DNA of 64,000 bases from Camelus ferus. Its lineage: Eukaryota. The position numbers and the translations under genes were made by a program. The DNA is taken from NCBI RefSeq assembly GCF_009834535.1, contig NC_045697.1:80354001-80418000 (forward strand), in the 5' to 3' direction. The notes beneath the pieces are model-generated. The model was not told the origin of the DNA and made no database searches. It saw nothing but the letters and a program-made list of their open reading frames with translations. Each line of letters begins with the position of its first letter. Position 1 is the first letter of the stretch. Positions 13,505-26,329 of this stretch are shown here, piece after piece.

Positions 13505-13775
13505 ACCAGGCTCCGTGGAAACAGAAGCAGAAGATATTTATAGAGATCAATACTTATACAAGAAAGGGGAAGGAAGGAAGATCAGGCAGAGTGAGGCACT
13601 GAACTGTAATGCAAGTCCAACAACACCACGACCCTCTGGACCAGGGAGACCAGCTCTCTGCAGCTGAGGCTGACCCTGACTGCCACAGGCTCTGCTGACG
13701 GCCTGCCCCACCCCCATCCAGCGAGGCCTTCCCGTGAGGGGCATCTGAATGGCCTGCCCCAGCATCTGCCAGACC
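13505..13775 (-). mobile_element. ERVL LTR fragment (LTR33/LTR16-like)
   Basis: ggaaacaga..gaaggaag..ggcagag..gaactgtaatgcaagt..ctctctgcagctgaggc; same family signature as 32744-33156. Confidence 0.55.
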
Positions 13776-14889
13776 TTTAATAGCACAGGAGCTTAAAAAA
13801 AGAAAAAAAAATTTAATAGGTTTAAGAAAGCTATGTGAGACAAGAGGAGCCAAAGGACAAAATGAGAGCTACTCCAGTGTAAGTTCCCTTAAGGAATTAT
13901 CGAGCTGCAGACGGCTACTTTTACAGATGAGGTCCACAGAGATGGAAACTGGCCAGATAACACAGAACTAGAAGAAAAAATGTGCTCCGTGTCATGGGGA
14001 AACCTGTCCTTGGACTGAATGTAGGTGACCTCCCAGTAGGACATAGGGGGATGGCACCATACTGCGCAGGGACTTCAGATGAATGGAGGCCTCCTAATGC
14101 TAGCACTGATTTATGGAACACCTTTCTCTGGGGCAGTGCTGGGCACTTGGCTGGCATGGTATAATTAATCTTCACCATCTCCCTGTGAAATAGGTAGGTC
14201 ACAAAGAGCATTACTCTAAATTAAGAGTCAGCAAAAATGAAACACAAAAGGAATTTCTGTAATTTTCCTATAATCATTCAGTACATTAAGGAAGTACCAG
14301 TAGAAGACCAGGTATCAGCTACCTGTTGACAGTATTTACTGAGGCGAACAGTTTTACTGTTAGCTGAATTTAAGCTTAAGCTATATTTTTTTTTCTTCTC
14401 CTTCCTCCCATCTGTCATATGTGATACTTCTATATTAAAAATGAAAAATGAGATAAACCGTATATTCTATTTTCAGTCCAAAGAAAGTGACATGGCCAGT
14501 CCCAACAGATCATTCACTAGCCACAGAAAACTCCAAGACTGTTCTGAGAAACAAAACCTGACCTCAAATTTTATGCTTAGTTCATCCCAAGCTACAGATA
14601 TAAGTGATCATATTGAGGAGTTAAAAATCATAGATTAATACCTGGTTAGCCCACCATTTAATCAAACCACCTATTGAGATTTAAATGACAATTGAAATAC
14701 GAATAAGTCTTTAATTCAGATGACTTATGTTTAAAATAAACCAAATGTCACACAATATAAAAAACAGCCTTTCCCACTTAACAATTTATTATTTGATTAG
14801 TTTTATAATTTCGGTATGTTTGCTTCCCTAGCTCAAAAGGTATCTGTAGTCAAAACTGAAATTCTCTAGCCAGTAAAAAAGTGTGGGAT

Positions 14890-15035
14890 GCAGGAACAGT
14901 GGCCCCTAGCCTGAATCCCACCCTTATTTTCTGGGGCAACTGGTGAGCTTCCTTTTCTGTGCTTACATGATGGAAGATGAGAATGCTTTTCAGGGTAACT
15001 GCAAGAATTAAATTAAATTATGTACATGGAAACTT
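14890..15035 (+). mobile_element. MIR fragment
   Basis: cctgaatccc, ttttctgtg..atggaagatgagaat, gaattaaatta. Confidence 0.4.
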
Positions 15036-16767
15036 CCATCACTGAACCCAAGCTAAATGTTTTAGCTGTTTTGATACAGGAAAAAGAACATACTGTTTTT
15101 GTATTAGGTTTTCTTTTAATAAGTTCTAAATAAATATAAACTGCTTTAAAAACAAAATAAGGTATATGAGAAAAGTGTACACTCAGATATTTATAAATTC
15201 AATTAAAAACAGTAGTTCCATTAATTTTTCTAAATTGCAGAGTATTATCATTCCTCATGAGACATATTTTCATGATTTATAAATTTTTAAAATTTAAATC
15301 CTTAATTCATTTCAGAGTCATTCAGACTTCAACTTCTACCCCTACACTGAATAAATTATAGTGCAATTATGAATAGATCATGCTTGTTTTCTTCTCTTTT
15401 TCCTTCTCTACCACAACCCAGGGACTTAGAATCCTCAAGTAATCTCCATCTCTCTCACTCTCTTTTTTGCTGAAATCATACAAACTCCTTTAATTTTGGC
15501 ATTTATTTTATTTAAAATTAGAAATTAGATCAGCTTAGCATTTAGTACAGTAAACACAAGAAAAGTGTTCCTCTACTATTATTATTAAAGTCAGTGTTTT
15601 AATTCAAACATTCTTCAATTAAAGTCAGAATGAGTCATCAAAGTTTTGCTGGATCGAAAAAGAGCTAAAGTACATGGTGCTCTATGATTGTAATAAACCT
15701 GACTGAATTCACCACTTTCTTCAGAGAAATAAAAGGCTCTTAGTTTCACCATGTTCAATCATCTGCCAGTTTCCCTAAATACACTTGAGTCAGATGATCT
15801 ATAATCAAGAAAACAGAATAAAAGAAGGTACTGAGGAATTAGTCAATGTTCATCCAACATCTGGAAACTGACTTTCTAAAGTCAAGTGACTAGAAAAATG
15901 AGGAGCAAAATATTTTAAACAACTTGTATGGGTTATTTTATCCCATGCATGACACTTACTTGGCAACCTCAACTCGAAGAAATGGGCTATGCGCACTAAT
16001 TTTTTCCCACCCACCTCTTATCATACACAGACAAGAGAAACTATTTTAAGTGGGTGTAATGGTTTGGTTTCAGGCATTTCGAAATCCTCCACCATTGCAC
16101 AGGAAACTCTGACTGAAAACTAGGCAGGGCCCCTCAGAGAAGTACCCAGGACATGGCAGCACGCCTGAGGGGTGAGTCTGGTTGAGAGATGGTCACATGA
16201 AATCAGCAGTAGGGACATGGTACACCCAGCATGTGATACAGTTTCCTTTCAATAAAGGTTTGCTACCAGATTCAGGTTAACTCTACCTTCTTGCTAATCT
16301 AGGAAGCAAACTGATTCAATGTTTAATTCAATTAAATATTGACACTATTTCATGAGCACCAACTATGAATCAGGCTCTGTGCTAGGCAGGCTGAAGATAC
16401 AAAGGTGAGAAAACCGGGTCGCTGACTTCACGAAGAAAAACATAGAAAAATAGCACCATACAATGTGGGAATTGCCAACGCTGAGTTATATTATGTACTG
16501 CAGAACACAGATGAGAGAAAAAATAATTTTACCACAACGCATAAAACAGATAAAGTCTGACCTGGGCTTCGAAGAATAAGTACGAGTTTTCCAATTAGAT
16601 AATGATGAAGCAGATTCTAGACCAAAAAAAGCATAACGTAAATAACCCTATAGAATCAGACAAAAACATCTGAAATGTTTGGAGAAAAGCAAGTAGTTTC
16701 ACATGTCTGACTATGGACAAAGCCCTCCAATGTGAGCAGAGGTGAGTCATAAAGAGCTGAGAAGTTA

Positions 16768-16992
16768 CAGCTGACCCTTGAACAACACAGATTTGAACTG
16801 CATTGGTCCACTTATATGCTGATCTTTCTCAATAGTAAATATTTGGCGTTGGTTGAATCCACTGATGTTGAAGGAGCCTCAGATACGGAGGAAGGACTGT
16901 AACTTACATGCTGATTGTCGACTGCATAGAGGATCAGCCCTCCCAATCACCCTCCACCCCGCTGTTCAAGGTTCATATTCAAGGGTCAGCTG
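16768..16992. mobile_element. Tigger2-derived MITE (Tc1/mariner), TA TSD
   Basis: Perfect 15-bp TIRs cagctgacccttgaa (16768-16782) / ttcaagggtcagctg (16978-16992), flanked by TA on both sides. Confidence 0.9.
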
Positions 16993-17071
16993 TAATCCAG
17001 TACTAAAAAGACAGTTTACTGTGCTTCAGAGAATTTTAATTAGAAGGGTGAGATAACAAGTTTTCATTAGC

Positions 17072-17320
17072 AAGGAAGTATAATATAGTGGTTACATGTA
17101 GAGACTCTAGAGTTAGACTGCCCAAGTTCAAATATTAGCTCCACCACTCATGAGGTTTGTGACCTGTGACAGGCACCTGATCTCTCTGTGCCTCAGTTTC
17201 TTCTTCTAAAAAATGAGGATATTAATAGTACCTACTACATGCAGTTGTAGAGAGATTTATATATAAGAACAGAACAGTGCCTGGCATATAGTGAGCAGTA
17301 CCAAAGTGCTGGCTAAAATT
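17072..17320 (+). mobile_element. Near full-length MIR SINE
   Basis: tagtggtta..gactctagagttagactgcc..gttcaaat..ctctgtgcctcagtttc..aaaatgaggat..cagtgcctggcatatagtgagc. Confidence 0.9.
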
Positions 17321-17568
17321 GTTATTTTAGAAAAATAAAGTTGATGATATTATGGAGTATGGAACCAAAAAAGGAAAGATCATAGGCAGGGATTTCAATT
17401 AGGAGACTGATGAAAATTATATCTGCAAAAATTAAAATCTGTGAAAAAAATTTCTCTATATAGATATCCAAATAGTGTAACCATGTATCATACACATTAA
17501 CACATAATCCAAACTATTTATATATATAACAAGTTACTATTCATACATTCCAAGTGAGATACAAATAA

Positions 17569-17586
17569 GTGTGTGTGTGTGTGTGT
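17569..17586. repeat. (GT)n microsatellite
   Basis: gtgtgtgtgtgtgtgtgt. Confidence 0.9.
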
Positions 17587-20500
17587 CAAATCTCTTAGGC
17601 AAACTAACAGATAGATATGCCAGGTCACAAGTTATAAACATAAACATACTCCCTATAGAAAACCTAGCAGATATTGTATGTATAAATGTAATTTAAAGTT
17701 TAGTAACTTGGAAAGTAGATAACTGAAGAGAATGAATGCTTCTTTGTATATTAGGGGCTCACTTAGAATGAGGGACAAGGAAGATTACACATCTTCCTTG
17801 AGAATCTTCCAGTCTCAGAGCCAGACAAACTTCAGCAGGAAGAGGGGAAGCATACTGCTCCCCATCTCTCCTTTTTGGCCAGAAAGTCCCATTTACCAGA
17901 AAAGCTTCAGAAATCTTTACCAAAAATCCATTTAAAATCCCAAAATTCTACTTCTCAGAAAAATAATATTTCTCTTCAGGCTAGAAATAACATCCAGGCC
18001 TCAAAGTGCTATACTGTCATTACTTCTAAAAATAAACTGAGCAGATCAAAGTCTTGAGGTCAGTTTTAAATAATGTGCTGCAGCAGCTATACAAGCTGTG
18101 GCCCCACTCCATCCCACTGGAGGCAGTGGGTTCCCTGAAAGGACAGACATGCTTTTCCTCCTCTCTCATGCACACACCTGCAGAGAGCTGGCGGCCAGGC
18201 CCCCGGGACCAAAGAGGCTGAGCAAAGCCCTTCACTCTGGTGACTGCCTTTAGTAAGGCACCCAGAGAGAGCACACCAATGAAAGGAGAGATTCTCCAAA
18301 TGCAGCAGCTTGTCCAAATGGCATCTCACTCTATCCTGAGGGGTCCTGTCATGGATTTCCTGGGCCCACTATCACGTGGAGGAGCCCCTGATGCCACCTT
18401 ACATCGTTTTAGCAGTTACACATAACTTAGTCAGATTTTAAAAAAGGAAACTCATGAGCCTAAAGAGAAGAGTAAAATACATCTATAAACTATGAAAATA
18501 AATAAAAATAAGGGATATTATAAAAAGTGTTGAGTAAAGACGTTTTAATTTTATGTCAATATAGCCATGAAAACTATCCATTTATTTGAATAAATAATAG
18601 GTATCTTTGGGAAGCAGAAGAGATAAACATTTAATTAATATTTCCCCATTATTTTCTATGAAAAATACAATTAAAAGATAAATAAATGAATAATGAATGA
18701 ATGCCAACTCACTAAAATGCACTTGATTCTAACCAACATCTTTGACACTGAGATTTAAATAAAGTTTTATCCTGAAAGTAATGGGAAGAATTCATGCAAA
18801 TATTTTCAAATAAAGTTCAAATAATTGAAATGTATCTACAGGAAAAGACTCTCTATGGTACACCTTTGTAGTATGTCTCTATCTCTTCTCAATTCTTTGT
18901 AAAAAAAAAATCCGTAAGTTATGGTACTAAAGAGAACATTTTACTTCTCCTTTTTTGCTAACAAAATCTTAAGTTATTTTTCTAAATGCCGTAATGATTC
19001 TCACATTTGTGGGAGAGCTCTAATCTTTAAAAAAGGATTTTTATTACCCTTTCAGTGCATTTACCTTTAAGTTTAAGAAGGAAGTACAAAACTTACTTCT
19101 GGAACCACTTCTTTACAGGGTAATTAAGAATTTGGAGAATTAAATCTACAAAAAATTTTGGCCACAACCAAATATGTGAAGTCTTATAATGCACTAGATA
19201 CCTGAAATCTTATAATGCTCTAGATATATTTTTAATGTGATCATTGAGAAAAAAGCTTTCAGCCCTGATTTATCAATAAGAGAACCATTCTTATGAATCC
19301 TGGTTAGTGTGAGATTTTATGCCACAAGTTCTAACACAAACATACTAAGCTCCTTTCCTCTTTTCAACACATGTGTGCACATATCCACATACCAGATTGC
19401 TGAAATAATAGTTTCACAATACAAAACTCCAAGAGTAATGGATACGTTTCCCAGAAAGGAAAAAAAATTGATTATGTATCTAATAAAATGTTTGCAAAAG
19501 TGCCCTGGGAACTAGCCAGGAGCCCTCGTATCCTTTTCTTTGAATCTGTATCTATTGTGACCTTTCCTAAACTGAGCACAGGAAATTATTAACAATCCTT
19601 CCCTATTTTTCCCCCATCCCTCTTTGAGGGAAATAAGCTCATCAGTCCTCATGGTAGACTTTCAGACATGTGCTATTGAAGGGGAGGAAAAACATATTTT
19701 AGAGCATGCAGTAACCATTGCATATGTTCCCAGGTAATCTGTTACAAATCACTGCTTAGCTGTGATCAACAGCAACAAAACCTCTAGCAGTACCATGTCC
19801 ACACAAATGGGTCATGTCTAAATATTTATTGACTGAATAAACATCAACTGGCCTTACATGTCATTTTATGTGGCCTGTGGTCACAAACCATCTTCTTAAG
19901 GGAAAGCCAGGTCATCAATCAACTCTAATTCAAAAGGTTTAAGCAACTGGGATGAAAACACAGATAGCCTAAAAAGCTGTCAGCCTCTTTATCAGGAGCA
20001 CCAGGGACTGAAATGGTCCAATGGGCATTTAGGATTAACAACAATGTCAGACAGAGGCTAATAAAACTGTCTGTACAAGTAGGCACTGAGTTTGTCTTGC
20101 AGCTAAACAAGGAGATCTTCAGTATCTGAAGCTTTTTATCTGGCATATGCTTTATAAGAAATAAGAAACTTAAGAATTCCTTAGACATCCACCCACCAGC
20201 TGAAAATGGGTAGTTTCTGACTGTTCCTGTCAGTAACATAAAGACAGCCAAATACAAATGAGGCATTTTTATTCTTCCTTTACTTCTTAACATGAAATAT
20301 TAAATCATCAGGCACTCTGCCTGTTCCCTACATCCTTTCTTGGTTCAATCATCACAGAGAATCTCACATAAACATTGTAATTTTCAGATAATTCTTTGTT
20401 ACAAAATAATATGCAAATTGAAACTGCTAAAGCACTATGACAGAATAACACCTACATTTAAAAATTGAAACATACATACGCACAGAAAAAAAAAGTTCTT

Positions 20501-20609
20501 TCAATTAAATAGACATTCACACCTTATCAAACGAAACCACTATTAGGTAGATCAGGCTCAGCAAAGGAAAAACAATTTCTTAATTACTAAGTAATGACTT
20601 TTTTCTTTA

Positions 20610-20705
20610 GTTGCTAACAAGCCTTCCAGAAGATTCTTCAGTCCAACATTAGCTATCAAAACTATGTCTATTGCAAAGAGGTCCAAGAATCTTGCCATCC
20701 AAAAG
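20610..20705 (-). mobile_element. Possible ancient RTE-clade LINE reverse-transcriptase relic
   Basis: Minus strand reads LDGKIL, then after a frameshift LFAIDIVLIANVGLKNLLEGL, similar to the RTE RT motif DG..L..LFADDIVLIA...LQ.LL. Confidence 0.4.
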
Positions 20706-21009
20706 CAACATGAGGCAAACTAAGTGGATTTCTCCTTTACGTTATGTATCTGCCAAACCTGTGCCCTTCAGGAGGTCTGTTTGTTCCCAGAACTTCATCC
20801 TGAAAATAACCATATTCAAAAGAGCTTAGATGCCCTGAGTGAGGGAGGAGGCATTCTTCTTTCTAACCATGCCCAGTCTTTAAGTATTTGAAAATAAAAT
20901 ATCCTTCCATCATTTGCCAGTTAAATGACATGGTTTCTGTTACATGCACTTGACATCAGAAATAGCACAGTAACCCATCTATTTAAAAAATTCTTATCCA
21001 TGTAGACGT

Positions 21010-21335
21010 TTCTAAAATTCATGTCTCTAGCATGACCTCTATCCTGATTTCCAAACATCTCTAGATGCCAGGGGTCCATCTTCCTAGGGCTGTCCTATGA
21101 GGTGCTTCAGAGACATCCTTCACAGACTGGAACCCATCTTCTTCTGGTTCCTGCTGCCTGAACTTGCTTTATCCTCTCCGCTCCTTGCTTTCCTTCATCT
21201 GTGTATTCAGTCACACAATCATCAACTCTCCGACCCTGTAATGTCAGATTCATCTCCATTCATCTCATCTTTGCCTCCCAACTTCCACTGCCCTACGCCA
21301 CATCATCACTGCTTCTTGTCTGGATTTATAACCCT
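21010..21335 (+). mobile_element. L2 fragment
   Basis: tctctagcatgacctctatcctga..ccatcttc..caccatcactgctt..ctggattt style L2 motifs. Confidence 0.45.
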
Positions 21336-21723
21336 ATCTCTTTCAGTCCCTTTTGGTCCTATACCAAAAAGTGACCATGGAGGAAAACAGAGCAAAAACA
21401 GGTTAACATACAAAGACCAGGATGAGTATGTTTGGGGAAAAAAAAAAAAAAAAGAGTTAAAGGAATAAAGCAGAACAAAAGAGAAGAAGAGTGGGGAGAA
21501 GACAGGAGACTCTTCCTCCATTCCTCCCACTTTTCCTATCCTCCTTCCGCCTCACCTTGAACCAAAACAAAGCTATTTGCTGCTGAATTCCCTGCATTCC
21601 AAGTTCTGTCCTCAAAACTCACAAGAATACACATATATGTCAATGAGAGAATTTTATGCACACACATAATTTTACATGTGTCTGTGCAACTGGGTCTGTT
21701 CTTACCTCAATTTTTACCAAGTA

Positions 21724-21954
21724 CAGTTGACTCCTGAATAACAGGAGTTTGAATCCACTTACATGCAGATTTTTTTTTTCAATAGTAAATACTACAGTCC
21801 TACAGGATCCACAGCTGGTTGAATCCATGGATGCAGAACCATGGATATGGAGGAACTGCAGATACTGAGGGCCAACTGTCGGTTACACTCGGATTTTTGA
21901 CTGTACACAGAGGGTCGCCACTCTAACCCCCCTACCTTGTTCAAGGGCCAACTG
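21724..21954. mobile_element. Tigger2-derived MITE, second copy, TA TSD
   Basis: TA|cagttgactcctgaa ... ttcaagggccaactg|TA; internal tccactta..tcaatagtaaat..ggttgaatcca shared with 16768-16992. Confidence 0.9.
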
Positions 21955-24900
21955 TATTTAAACACATAAATGTAAACTGTTTTGAACAATAGGCTGAACC
22001 ACTACTATGGAGTACTTTCCCGTGGTGTGACAAATACTGTGGTACCTCTCTTCAGGACTGAGGCATTCATTCCTTAGCTGCTGGGATCAGTAAAGAGTGA
22101 TGTATGAGACAAAGAAAAGTGAGCTCCCAGTTGTGGGAATGAAGGTTCTCCTGGGCAGATCTCTGCCTGTGCTATTCAATGGTCTTATATAATTCTCCAA
22201 AGAATTATTACCTTGTCAAAACCGAGGCAATAAATTAATTGGAAATATTACTATATTATGTTCATTTAAAAAATAACCACAGTTGTACTTTTCAAAATGT
22301 CTACTGAATGATTTCCACATTATTAGGCATTTCCCAGCAACTGCCTTATCCTTCTGCCATGTCTGATGATGGTCAGACCTCTTCTCCACTTTAAAATGTC
22401 TAATGTTGAACAAACTTTCAGATCTGTCCTAGGCAGGCTTTAATTTGAATTTATTTATTCAATACACATTCACTGATTTCACTGTACACTGTGTATTGTA
22501 CTAAGCTACCCTAGGAATGAAATTCATTAACTGCAATTCTGTGTATGATATTAGTTTCCCTATAGTCTTGGGCCAGTTTCTCTCTCTGAATACTTCTCCA
22601 TTGATACTGGTAATAAATCACACAGGAAAATATAAAAGAGATTGTTTGTGAATGCTCTGAGACTCAAAACCCTTAAACACTAAGAATATTTTATGGCACT
22701 AAAGAAATTGTTATTATCAGTACAGAGTAATTAAAATTCATGATTGTCTCGGGATATACAACACGAGATATTCCTTAGTACAGAGTGCTCTGTATCCACA
22801 ACAACGCAAATGTGTTAAGGCAATTCACCATCATTACTGTCACTTAAAAAAAAAAAGACTTAAGAAATGGAACACTCTCCATTAGAATTAAAAAGGACAA
22901 AGATTATCCATCACAACACTTTCAAAAACCAGAAGGCTGAAAACCCTACCTGCTCTGCATAGATTCCTAGACTGTGGCACCATACCTGTTCTACCAATAG
23001 TTTAGAACGTGAAGGCACATACTTTTTATAAGATTAAAGCTAATTATGCCACCTAAATTGGAAAATTGGATGGAAAGAAGTAAATAGCTTGATGGTGGGA
23101 GTAAAGGCAATGCCGTCAGAATGAGTAGACTTTCCCAGGCTACAGCCATTCAATGGCTGCATCTACAACTAAAAAGAGTATAAATGTTCTTGAATGGCAG
23201 AAGAAAACCCAATTATGTTTGCCACACTGCTTAAATGGGTAATGAGGGAAAATGGCCAAATTACACTATTCTGTGAAGCATGACCAACGAATGTAACTCT
23301 GTTCCATATTTAATGAAATTTTCTTCCTACTCCTGAGAAAAGGACAAAAAAAAAAAAAATAGCAATACATGAGAAGAATAAAGTCAGCCATGAAATAACT
23401 ACATGAGCAAGACTTAAAATGCTTAAGAAGAACTCACTGAATTATTTAAGAGTCCTTACTAAGTATCTCAACCTTCAACTTCTGGTTCTCTAAGAAAAGA
23501 TGATCTCTAGCACTCAAAGTTCTTCATGAATTCCAGGTGCCTTGTCCCTGCACAAGCATTCTATTGACCACATTTCTTCCATTCATACATCAAAATACCA
23601 ATTCAACTCTATCTGAAGAGGATGAAAACATGTATCCTCAGTCCTTCTGATAAAATATACTTCAAAAAAGTGGTAATATCAATTTGATAGTATCATTCAC
23701 TAAATAAAAGTATGTCTAAAATCTTCAGTTCGTGAACTTCTTGAGTACCATTAAATTTTGCTGATTTACATATAGTTATTTCCTTTTGCACTATTTATAG
23801 ATAATATACATGCACAAAACATTTCTGTATACATATTCCTTGAATATGAGTGTATGAATTTTACATTATTCTTAGGGATATTATCTCATTGACTATCATT
23901 TAAAATGAATCTTATTTTCAAGTTTTATTAATGTAATTTACAGAATAGCTTATAATGGTTTTCATAAAGCACAGAGTTCATGAAAGCTTTTACTTCCTTA
24001 TTTAGACAGGAACCCACAGGAAATCATTTATACTCCCTCTGACCCACAGGAGATGTGAAAAATAAATATAACCAGTCTGCAGCAGCTGGCTGTAAACTGG
24101 TACTGAGCTAACCTTTCTGACAGATACCATGCACAGAAAAGAATGATGGGCAAGGAATAATTCTGAGTAAGGGGTCAGGATAAGAAAACCAATCCTAAAT
24201 ATATAATCTCCCCAGGTAGCAGTCCTTCCCAGTGTGGTTTCATTATGCTGTCAGAAGGAACATTTGTTAAGTTTATGGGCTCCAAAGCTTCCATAAGAAA
24301 TTCCTAGGAGACCATCCTGGAAGTCAAGAAAGCCAAAGAAAGACTTAACATTTTGGAATTGAGCCATACTAGCTAACAGATTTTTTGAGATTTTATTGGT
24401 GTAAGGTATTTGGAGGTGACCCAATAAAATACTGTCTTCTATTGGTAGCTTCAATTAAGCCTTTGCTAAAAATCAGCTACTCATTTCCTAAGACTCAAAC
24501 ACTCTTCTGATCCTTACAGAGAAAAATGGAAAGATCAGGCAAAGGTAGCAAGTGGCAGAGCAGAAGGAAAGGAATTAATGTCCTATTTCCCTTCTCCTTG
24601 GGTCTATTTGTTATTCATATTCCTTGCATTCCAACTAGGATGGAAATACTCTATTTTTGAAAGGCTACTGAGTTCTATTTGAAATTTTTTCTCAGGACCT
24701 AGGAATTTAAAAGTATATCCATGAATTCTGAGGTCAGATATAGCTCTAAACAAATACACATTAAAAAAAAAAGTATCAATAAAAATGTTTTCACTTGTCT
24801 ATATTAATGCTTTTGAGGGGTTGTCTAAAGGAAACACTTTAGACTTTCTTACACTACCTAAATAATATTTTTTAATTTAAAAATCTACTAAAATGAACCC

Positions 24901-26329
24901 AAATAAGAAGATATTATCTGTTAAAAAAACCATTCTACCAAGCTTTCCAAGGCTAAATGAAAATGAGTTTTAATGTATCCACTCTCCCTCACTTATTCAT
25001 GCTAGAGTAGCGTTACCAGGCAAAAGCGTAAACTCTCCCCTTCTATATACAAATCTCTTCTGTTTGTTAGTCTTTAAAAACCTTGTATGAAAATAAAAGA
25101 CTGGTTTATTATCCACATCAGCTAGTTTTTCTGGGGGTAGATGGATTAATCTAAGGGTAAGAATTAGCCAATCTGTCCAGAGAATGGAAATACAATGTGA
25201 TATCATCTGACCTCAAACTTTAGGAGTTTCCTGACCCCTAGACCAATGGAGCATGAGATACATTAAAGTCTTCAGGAAAAGGAAGATCTAGTTTCTTACC
25301 CACTGCTGATTTATTAATGAAGCACTAATACAAGCTTTCACTAATCCTCTCAGTTCTTGCAATGAAGCTGTTCTCCCAGTGCCACCTATGTGTTTTTATT
25401 TGGGGAAGTTAATAGTCAAGAATAAGATGCAACAGGCAACCTACTAAAAAAAAAAATTAAAAATGATTGATCTATTTCTCAAAAAGCAGGTGTTTCTATA
25501 AAGGAAAAAGTCAACTTCTGGGTTTACAGGAGGCTCTTACTTGGGAATGTGGGTCACATGCTCATTAACCTTAGTGAGAAGGAACAAGCGGCTTTGACTC
25601 TAATACTTCTCAAAGGCATCACCAACACCTGTGGGATGCCAGACAGACAGGAGGAACCCTCTGCTGTGCCCTCCACCTTGCCCAGTGCTCCATTCTATCA
25701 TGTATGATGAAAAGAAAGCAATTTATCAGAATATTGTCAAAAAATATCAAAAGGTTAATTTAAATAAGCTTTTCCTGTTACTGCTAAACTACACAACCTA
25801 AGGCACAATTAAATGCTGTCTGACCTTGTGCTCTAATTGGTTTACCTGTGTGAGTCCAGGCTCCCAAATGATCAGCAAGTTTCTTGAAGCCAGAAAGTTT
25901 AGCAACGCTTCTCTTATATCACCCACAGCAAAGGTACACAGTGTTCTACACATGTTTATAGACTGATTCATAGAGCAGTAGACCTTGATTAGCACACAGC
26001 TGATGCAAAATAAACACGGCTAACAAAGGAACATGAAAATAAGTTTCCAATGTTCTATTCAGAGCATGATCTGATCACAACTGGAGAGTCATCAAGAAGA
26101 TTCCTTCATCTTACTGAACTGAATAATTATTCTAATTACACCTCAAAATGAGAAAAGAGAAGTAGAATGCTCCTTCACATTCCTCAAGGTGGATGATAAC
26201 TGTCAACACTGCTACCATTTTGAACTTTGTGGGATGGGAAGATGAGTAAGAAGAATGAGTAAAATAAAGATACACAAACTAAATTAAAAAAAGGTGTGGG
26301 AAGGTCAGGAGGAACTTGCCAATCATTCA

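Larger units (their letters stand above)
16315..17415 (-). mobile_element. L2 LINE fragment interrupted by a MITE and a MIR
   Basis: attcaa..tattga..gagcaccaactatg..caggctctgtgctaggc..gatacaaaggtga (antisense L2 3' end); L2-like sequence resumes after 17320 (ttttagaaaa..ggcagggatttcaattaggagact). Confidence 0.65.

Noticed and set aside
16451..16470. miR-29-like start (tagcaccat)
   Set aside because: Only the first 9 nt match, it lies in an L2 and no hairpin is evident
19098..19201. Minus-strand open exon candidate (YLVHYKTSHIWLWPKFFVDLILQILNYPVKKWFQ)
   Set aside because: Acceptor sits inside a local tandem duplication; AT-rich and not recognisable as a protein
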